A stretch of DNA of 64,000 nucleotides. It comes from Eledone cirrhosa (Eukaryota). Positions within the stretch are counted from its first letter, which is position 1; each line of letters begins with the position of its first letter. Where the stretch lies: the NCBI GenBank assembly GCA_964016885.1, contig OZ024741.1, positions 260,028,001 through 260,092,000 on the forward strand, in the 5' to 3' direction. A program made the position numbers and the translations under genes. The notes under the pieces are model-generated. The model saw only the letters and a list, made by a program, of their open reading frames with translations. It made no database searches and was not told the DNA's origin. Shown here in pieces: positions 56,320-64,000 of this stretch.

Positions 56320-57651
56320 TCGTAAGTCGAAACACTCGTAAGTCAGAACACTCGTAAGTCAGAACACTCTTAAGTCAGAACACTCGTATCGAAACACGTA
56401 TGTCAAAACACCCGTAAGTCAAAACACTCGTAAGTCGAAACACTTGTAAGTCGAAACACTCGTAAGCCGAAACAATCGTAAGTCAAAACACTCGTAAGTC
56501 GAAACACTCGTAAGCCGAAAATACTCGTAAGTCGGAACACCCGTAAGCCGAAACCCTCGTAGGTCGGAACACTCGTAAGTCAAAACACTCGTAAGTCGAA
56601 ACACCCGTAAGTCGAAACACTCGTAAGTCGAAACACCCGTAAGTCGAAACATCCGTAAGTCAAAACACTCGTATGTCGAAACACTCGTAAGCCGAAACAC
56701 TCGTAAGTCAGAACACTCGTAAGTCAGAACACTCGTAAGTCGAAACACTCATAAGTCGAAACACTCGTAAGTCGAAACACCCGTAAGTCGAAACACCCGT
56801 AAGTCGAAACACTCGTATGTCGAATAACTCGTAAGCCGAAACACCGTAAGTCAAAACACTCGTAAGTCGAAACACTCGTAAGTCGAAACACCCATAAGCC
56901 GAAACATTCGTAAGCCAAAACATTCGTAAGTCGAAACACTCGTAAACCGAAACACTCGTAAGCCAAAACATTCGTAAGTCGAAACACTCGTAAGTCGAAA
57001 CACCCATAGCCGAAACACTTGTAAGTCTGAACACACGTAAGTCAGAACACCCGTAAGTCAGAACACTCGTAAGTCAGAACACTCGTAAGTCAGAACACTC
57101 GTAAGTCAGAGCACTCGTATCGAAACACTCGTATGTCAAAACACCCGTAAGTCAAAACACTCGTAAGTCGAAATACTCGTAAGCCGAAACACCGTAAGCC
57201 AAAACACTCGTAAGTCGAAACACCCGTAAGTCGGAACACTCGTAAGTCGAAACACTCGTAAGTCGGAACACTCGTAAGTCGGAACACTCGTAAGTCAGAA
57301 CACTCGTAAGTCAGAACACTCGTAAGTCAGAACACTCGTAAGTCGAAACACTCGTAAGTCGAAACACTCGTAAGCCGAAACACTCGTAAGTCGAAGCACT
57401 CGTATCGAAACACTCGTAAGTCGAAACACCCTTAAGTCAAAACACTCGTAAGCCAAAACACTCGTAAGTCGAAACACTCGTAAGTCGGAACACTCGTAAG
57501 TCAGAACACTCGTAAGTCAGAACACTCGTAAGTGGAAACACGCGTAAGTCGAAAGACCCGTAAGTCAAAAATCTCGTAAGTCAAAACACTCGTAAGCCGA
57601 AACACTCGTAAGTCGAAACACTCGTAAGTCGAAATATTCGTAAAGCGAAAC

Positions 57652-57720
57652 GTATAAATAAAGATTAATGTAATGAACTTGAAAAGCATAGATATTTGAA
57701 ACCGCGTCTATTTGTTATTT
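57652..57720. repeat. 69-bp AT-rich spacer, subtype A
   Basis: GAACTTG and TAGATATT. Confidence 0.95.
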
Positions 57721-58832
57721 TCGTAAGTCGAAACACTCGTAAGTCAGAACACTCGTAAGTCAGAACACTCGTATCGAAACACGTATGTCAAAACACCCGT
57801 AAGTCAAAACACTCGTAAGTCGAAACACTCGTAAGTCGAAACACTCGTAAGCCGAAACAATCGTAAGTCAAAACACTCGTAAGTCGAAACACTCGTAAGC
57901 CGAAAATACTCGTAAGTCGGAACACCCGTAAGCCGAAACCCTCGTAGGTCGGAACACTCGTAAGTCGAAACACTCTTAAGTCGAAACACCCGTAAGTCGA
58001 AACACTCGTAAGTCGAAACACCCGTAAGTCGAAACATCCGTAAGTCAAAACACTCGTATGTCGAAACACTCGTAAGCCGAAACACTCGTAAGTCGGAACA
58101 CTCGCAAGTCAGAACACTCGTAAGTCAGAACACTCGTAAGTCGAAACACTCGTAAGTCGAAACACCCGTAAGTCGAAACGCCCGTAAGTCAAAACACTCG
58201 TATGTCGAAACACTCGCAAGCCGAAAAACCGTAAGTCAAAACACTCGTAAGTCGAAACACTCGTAAATCGAAACACTCGTAAGCCGAAACACTCGTAAGC
58301 GAAAACATTCGTTAGTCGAAACACTCGTAACCCGAAACACTCGTAAGTCGAAACACTCGAAAGCCGAAACACTTGTAAGTCGAAACACTCATAAGCCGAA
58401 ACACTCGTAAGTCGGAACACTCGTAAGTCAGAACACCCGTAAATCAGAACACTCGTAGTCAGAACACTCGTAAGTCGAAACACTCGTAAGCCGAAACACT
58501 CGCAAGTCGAAGCACTCGTAATCCGAAACACTCTTAAGTCGAAACACTCGTAAGTCGGAACACTCGTAAGTCAGAACACTCGTAAGTCAGAACACTCGTA
58601 AGTCGAAACACTCGTAAGCCGAAACATCCGTAAGTCAAAACATCCGTAAGTCAAAACATTCGTAAGTCGAAACACCCGTAGTCGAAACACTCGCAAGTCG
58701 AAACACTCGTAAGTCGAAACACGCGTAAGTCGAAACACATGTAAGTCAAAACACTCGTAAGTCAAAACACTCGTAAGCCGAAACACTCGTAAGTCGAAAC
58801 ACTCGTAAGTCGAAACACTCGTAAAGCGAAAC

Positions 58833-58901
58833 GTATCAATAAAGATTAATGTAATGAATTTGAAAAGCATAGAGATTTGAAACCGCGTCTATTTGTTATT
58901 T
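58833..58901. repeat. 69-bp AT-rich spacer, subtype B (GTATCAAT variant)
   Basis: GAATTTG and TAGAGATT. Confidence 0.95.
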
Positions 58902-59725
58902 TCGTAAGTCGAAACACTCGTAAGCCGAAACACTCGTGAGCCGAAACACTCGTAAGTCGGAACACTCGTAAGTCAGAACACTCGTAAGTCAGAACACTCG
59001 TAAGTTAGAACACTCGTAAGTCAGAACACTCGTAAGTCAGAACACTCGTAAGTCAAAACACTCGTATCGAAACACTCGTATGTCAAAACACCCGTAATTC
59101 AAAACACTCGTAAGTCGAAACACTCGTAAGTCGAAACACTCGTAAGCCGAAACACTCGAAAGCCGAAACACTCGTAAGTCGGAACACTCGTAAGTCGGAA
59201 CACTCGTAAGTCAGAACACTCGTAAGTCAGAACACTCGTAAGTCAGAACACTCGTAAGTCAGAACACTCGTAAGTCGAAACACTCGTATCGAAACACTCG
59301 TATGTCAAAACACCCGTAAGTCAAAACACTCGTAAGTCGAAACACTTGTAAGTCGAAACACTCGTATGTCGAAACATCCGTAAATCAGAACACTCGTAAG
59401 TCGAAACACTCGTAAGTCGAAACACTCGTAAGCCGAAACACTCGTAAGTCGAAGCACTCGTATCGAAACACTCGTAAGTCGAAACACCCTTAAGTCAAAA
59501 CACTCGTAAGCCAAAACACTCGTAAGTCGAAACACTCGTAAGTCGGAACACTCGTAAGTCAGAACACTCGTAAGTCAGAACACTCGTAAGTGGAAACACG
59601 CGTAAGTCGAAAGACCCGTAAGTCAAAAATCTCGTAAGTCAAAACACTCGTAAGCCGAAACACTCGTAAGTCGAAACACTCGTAAGTCGAAACACTCGTA
59701 AGTCGAAACATTCGTAAAGCGAAAC

Positions 59726-59794
59726 GTATAAATAAAGATTAATGTAATGAACTTGAAAAGCATAGATATTTGAAACCGCGTCTATTTGTTATTT
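59726..59794. repeat. 69-bp AT-rich spacer, subtype A
   Basis: GAACTTG and TAGATATT. Confidence 0.95.
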
Positions 59795-62171
59795 TCGTAA
59801 GTCGAAACACTCGTAAGTCAGAACACTCGTAAGTCAGAACACTCTTAAGTCAGAACACTCGTATCGAAACACGTATGTCAAAACACCCGTAAGTCAAAAC
59901 ACTCGTAAGTCGAAACACTCGTAAGTCGAAACACTCGTAAGCCGAAACAATCGTAAGTCAAAACACTCGTAAGTCGAAACACTCGTAAGCCGAAAATACT
60001 CGTAAGTCGGAACACCCGTAAGCCGAAACCCTCGTAGGTCGGAACACTCGTAAGTCAAAACACTCGTAAGTCGAAACACCCGTAAGTCGAAACACTCGTA
60101 AGTCGAAACACCCGTAAGTCGAAACATCCGTAAGTCAAAACACTCGTATGTCGAAACACTCGTAAGCCGAAACACTCGTAAGTCAGAACACTCGTAAGTC
60201 AGAACACTCGTAAGTCGAAACACTCATAAGTCGAAACACTCGTAAGTCGAAACACCCGTAAGTCGAAACACCCGTAAGTCGAAACACTCGTATGTCGAAT
60301 AACTCGTAAGCCGAAACACCGTAAGTCAAAACACTCGTAAGTCGAAACACTCGTAAGTCGAAACACCCATAAGCCGAAACATTCGTAAGCCAAAACATTC
60401 GTAAGTCGAAACACTCGTAAACCGAAACACTCGTAAGCCAAAACATTCGTAAGTCGAAACACTCGTAAGTCGAAACACCCATAGCCGAAACACTTGTAAG
60501 TCTGAACACGTAAGTCAGAACACCCGTAAGTCAGAACACTCGTAAGTCAGAACACTCGTAAGTCAGAACACTCGTAAGTCAGAGCACTCGTATCGAAACA
60601 CTCGTATGTCAAAACACCCGTAAGTCAAAACACTCGTAAGTCGAAACACTCGTAAGCCGAAACACCGTAAGCCAAAACACTCGTAAGTCGAAACACCCGT
60701 AAGTCGGAACACTCGTAAGTCGAAACACTCGTAAGTCGAAACACTCGTAAGCCGAAACACTCGTAAGCCGAAACACTCGTAAGTCGGAACACTCGTAAGT
60801 CGGAACACTCGTAAGTCAGAACACTCGTAAGTCAGAACACTCGTAAGTCAGAACACTCGTAAGTCAGAACACTCGTAAGTCGAAACACTCGTATCGAAAC
60901 ACTCGTATGTCAAAACACCCGTAAGTCAAAACACTCGTAAGTCGAAACACTCGTAAGTCGAAACATTCGTATGTCGAAACATCCGTAAATCAGAACACTC
61001 GTAAGTCGAAACACTCGTAAGTCGAAACACTCGTAAGCCGAAACACTCGTAAGTCGAAGCACTCGTATCGAAACACTCGTAAGTCGAAACACCCTTAAGT
61101 CAAAACACTCGTAAGCCAAAACACTCGTAAGTCGAAACACTCGTAAGTCGGAACACTCGTAAGTCAGAACACTCGTAAGTCAGAACACTCGTAAGTGGAA
61201 ACACGCGTAAGTCGAAACACTCATAAGTCGAAACACTCGTAAGTCGAAACACCCGTAAGTCGAAACACCCGTAAGTCGAAACACTCGTATGTCGAATAAC
61301 TCGTAAGCCGAAACACCGTAAGTCAAAACACTCGTAAGTCGAAACACTCGTAAGTCGAAACACCCATAAGCCGAAACACTCGTAAGCCAAAACATTCGTA
61401 AGTCGAAACACTCGTAAACCGAAACACTCGTAAGCCAAAACATTCGTAAGTCGAAACACTCGTAAGTCGAAACACCCATAGCCGAAACACTCGTAAGTCT
61501 GAACACACGTAAGTCAGAACAGCCGTAAGTCAGAACACTCGTAAGTCAGAACACTCGTAAGTCAGAACACTCGTAAGTCAGAGCACTCGTATCGAAACAC
61601 TCGTATGTCAAAACACCCGTAAGTCAAAACACTCGTAAGTCGAAACACTCGTAAGCCGAAACACCGTAAGCCAAAACACTCGTAAGTCGAAACACCCGTA
61701 AGTCGGAACACTCGTAAGTCGAAACACTCGTAAGTCGAAACACTCGTAAGCCGAAACACTCGTAAGCCGAAACACTCGTAAGTCGGAACACTCGTAAGTC
61801 GGAACACTCGTAAGTCAGAACACTCGTAAGTCAGAACACTCGTAAGTCAGAACACTCGTAAGTCGAAACACTCGTAAGTCGAAACACTCGTAAGCCGAAA
61901 CACTCGTAAGTCGAAGCACTCGTATCGAAACACTCGTAAGTCGAAACACCCTTAAGTCAAAACACTCGTAAGCCAAAACACTCGTAAGTCGAAACACTCG
62001 TAAGTCGGAACACTCGTAAGTCAGAACACTCGTAAGTCAGAACACTCGTAAGTGGAAACACGCGTAAGTCGAAAGACCCGTAAGTCAAAAATCTCGTAAG
62101 TCAAAACACTCGTAAGCCGAAACACTCGTAAGTCGAAACACTCGTAAGTCGAAACATTCGTAAAGCGAAAC

Positions 62172-62240
62172 GTATAAATAAAGATTAATGTAATGAACTT
62201 GAAAAGCATAGATATTTGAAACCGCGTCTATTTGTTATTT
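62172..62240. repeat. 69-bp AT-rich spacer, subtype A
   Basis: GAACTTG and TAGATATT. Confidence 0.95.
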
Positions 62241-63352
62241 TCGTAAGTCGAAACACTCGTAAGTCAGAACACTCGTAAGTCAGAACACTCGTATCGAAAC
62301 ACGTATGTCAAAACACCCGTAAGTCAAAACACTCGTAAGTCGAAACACTCGTAAGTCGAAACACTCGTAAGCCGAAACAATCGTAAGTCAAAACACTCGT
62401 AAGTCGAAACACTCGTAAGCCGAAAATACTCGTAAGTCGGAACACCCGTAAGCCGAAACCCTCGTAGGTCGGAACACTCGTAAGTCGAAACACTCTTAAG
62501 TCGAAACACCCGTAAGTCGAAACACTCGTAAGTCGAAACACCCGTAAGTCGAAACATCCGTAAGTCAAAACACTCGTATGTCGAAACACTCGTAAGCCGA
62601 AACACTCGTAAGTCGGAACACTCGCAAGTCAGAACACTCGTAAGTCAGAACACTCGTAAGTCGAAACACTCGTAAGTCGAAACACCCGTAAGTCGAAACG
62701 CCCGTAAGTCAAAACACTCGTATGTCGAAACACTCGCAAGCCGAAAAACCGTAAGTCAAAACACTCGTAAGTCGAAACACTCGTAAATCGAAACACTCGT
62801 AAGCCGAAACACTCGTAAGCGAAAACATTCGTTAGTCGAAACACTCGTAACCCGAAACACTCGTAAGTCGAAACACTCGAAAGCCGAAACACTTGTAAGT
62901 CGAAACACTCATAAGCCGAAACACTCGTAAGTCGGAACACTCGTAAGTCAGAACACCCGTAAATCAGAACACTCGTAGTCAGAACACTCGTAAGTCGAAA
63001 CACTCGTAAGCCGAAACACTCGCAAGTCGAAGCACTCGTAATCCGAAACACTCTTAAGTCGAAACACTCGTAAGTCGGAACACTCGTAAGTCAGAACACT
63101 CGTAAATCAGAACACTCGTAAGTCGAAACACTCGTAAGCCGAAACATCCGTAAGTCAAAACATCCGTAAGTCAAAACATTCGTAAGTCGAAACACCCGTA
63201 GTCGAAACACTCGCAAGTCGAAACACTCGTAAGTCGAAACACGCGTAAGTCGAAACACATGTAAGTCAAAACACTCGTAAGTCAAAACACTCGTAAGCCG
63301 AAACACTCGTAAGTCGAAACACTCGTAAGTCGAAACACTCGTAAAGCGAAAC

Positions 63353-63421
63353 GTATCAATAAAGATTAATGTAATGAATTTGAAAAGCATAGAGATTTGA
63401 AACCGCGTCTATTTGTTATTT
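63353..63421. repeat. 69-bp AT-rich spacer, subtype B (GTATCAAT variant)
   Basis: GAATTTG and TAGAGATT. Confidence 0.95.
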
Positions 63422-64000
63422 TCGTAAGTCGAAACACTCGTAAGCCGAAACACTCGTGAGCCGAAACACTCGTAAGTCGGAACACTCGTAAGTCAGAACA
63501 CTCGTAAGTCAGAACACTCGTAAGTTAGAACACTCGTAAGTCAGAACACTCGTAAGTCAGAACACTCGTAAGTCGAAACACTCGTATCGAAACACTCGTA
63601 TGTCAAAACACCCGTAAGTCAAAACACTCGTAAGTCGAAACACTCGTAAGTCGAAACACTCGTAAGCCGAAACACTCGAAAGCCGAAACACTCGTAAGTC
63701 GGAACACTCGTAAGTCGGAACACTCGTAAGTCAGAACACTCGTAAGTCAGAACACTCGTAAGTCAGAACACTCGTAAGTCAGAACACTCGTAAGTCGAAA
63801 CACTCGTATCGAAACACTCGTATGTCAAAACACCCGTAAGTCAAAACACTCGTAAGTCGAAACACTTGTAAGTCGAAACACTCGTATGTCGAAACATCCG
63901 TAAATCAGAACACTCGTAAGTCGAAACACTCGTAAGTCGAAACACTCGTAAGCCGAAACACTCGTAAGTCGAAGCACTCGTATCGAAACACTCGTAAGTC

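Larger units (their letters stand above)
1..64000 (+). repeat. 16-bp tandem satellite array, consensus (AAGTCGAAACACTCGT)n, about 4,000 monomers, extending past both window edges
   Basis: The monomer is directly visible on every line. Common variants are GCCGAA, GTCAGA, GTCAAA, GTCGGA, CACCCGT and TATGTC. Short monomers include CGTATCGAAACACT (14 bp) and AAACACCGTAAG (15 bp). No inversion was seen. Confidence 0.99.
49340..64000 (+). repeat. Tandem duplication with a 7995-bp period (4520 + 3475 bp sub-units)
   Basis: ORF pairs 49506->57501, 50576->58571, 52188->60183, 53820->61815 and 55096->63091 are all +7995. A 2-bp deletion (TCTGAACACGTAAG, about 52506/60501) and CCCGTAATTCAAAA (about 51097/59092) are shared. 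Confidence 0.88.

Noticed and set aside
235-63390. Hundreds of minus-strand ORFs (LRVFRLTSVSTYECFD repeats)
   Set aside because: The 16-bp consensus has no stop on the minus strand, so all three frames give the same 16-aa repeat. The ORFs overlap in all frames, are at most 165 aa, mostly end at variant-created TGA codons and are frameshifted by 14/15-bp monomers. There is no sign of coding constraint.
1-64000. CRISPR array
   Set aside because: Monomers abut directly with no unique spacers, the 69-bp interruptions are near-identical to each other, and there are no cas genes or leader.
1-64000. Long yeast-type telomeric repeat (the minus-strand variant ACGGATGT resembles part of Candida telomere units)
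   Set aside because: The match is to a minor variant only and there is no strongly G-rich strand. Kb-scale duplicated variant patterns and embedded spacers indicate recombinational amplification rather than telomerase synthesis.
1-64000. Synthetic or sequencing-artefact concatemer
   Set aside because: Rare variants are inherited hierarchically among blocks, which fits genuine evolutionary duplication. The copy number of individual blocks could still be misassembled.

Overview
The whole 64-kb window is one head-to-tail satellite DNA array. Its 16-bp monomer has the consensus AAGTCGAAACACTCGT (minus strand ACGAGTGTTTCGACTT), which gives about 4,000 monomers, all in the same orientation. I see no credible genes, RNA genes or CRISPR array. 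The hundreds of minus-strand ORFs arise because the monomer consensus lacks a stop codon on that strand. The array is highly structured. (i) Monomer variants (GTCGAA, GCCGAA, GTCGGA, GTCAGA, GTCAAA and 14/15-bp deletion monomers) occur in a stereotyped order, including a 222-bp 14-monomer unit. (ii) A 69-bp, about 75% AT non-satellite spacer interrupts the array 35 times from 11.3 kb onward, in two subtypes (A/B) that appear to share one origin. (iii) Nested higher-order repeats and block duplications occur at offsets of about 2.07, 4.08, 4.43, 5.4, 7.13, 8.0, 30.1 and 38.3 kb. This architecture is typical of eukaryotic centromeric or heterochromatic satellite, but organism and function cannot be established from the sequence alone. 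Offsets come from the ORF-track coordinates and manual checks of marker variants, and block boundaries are approximate.
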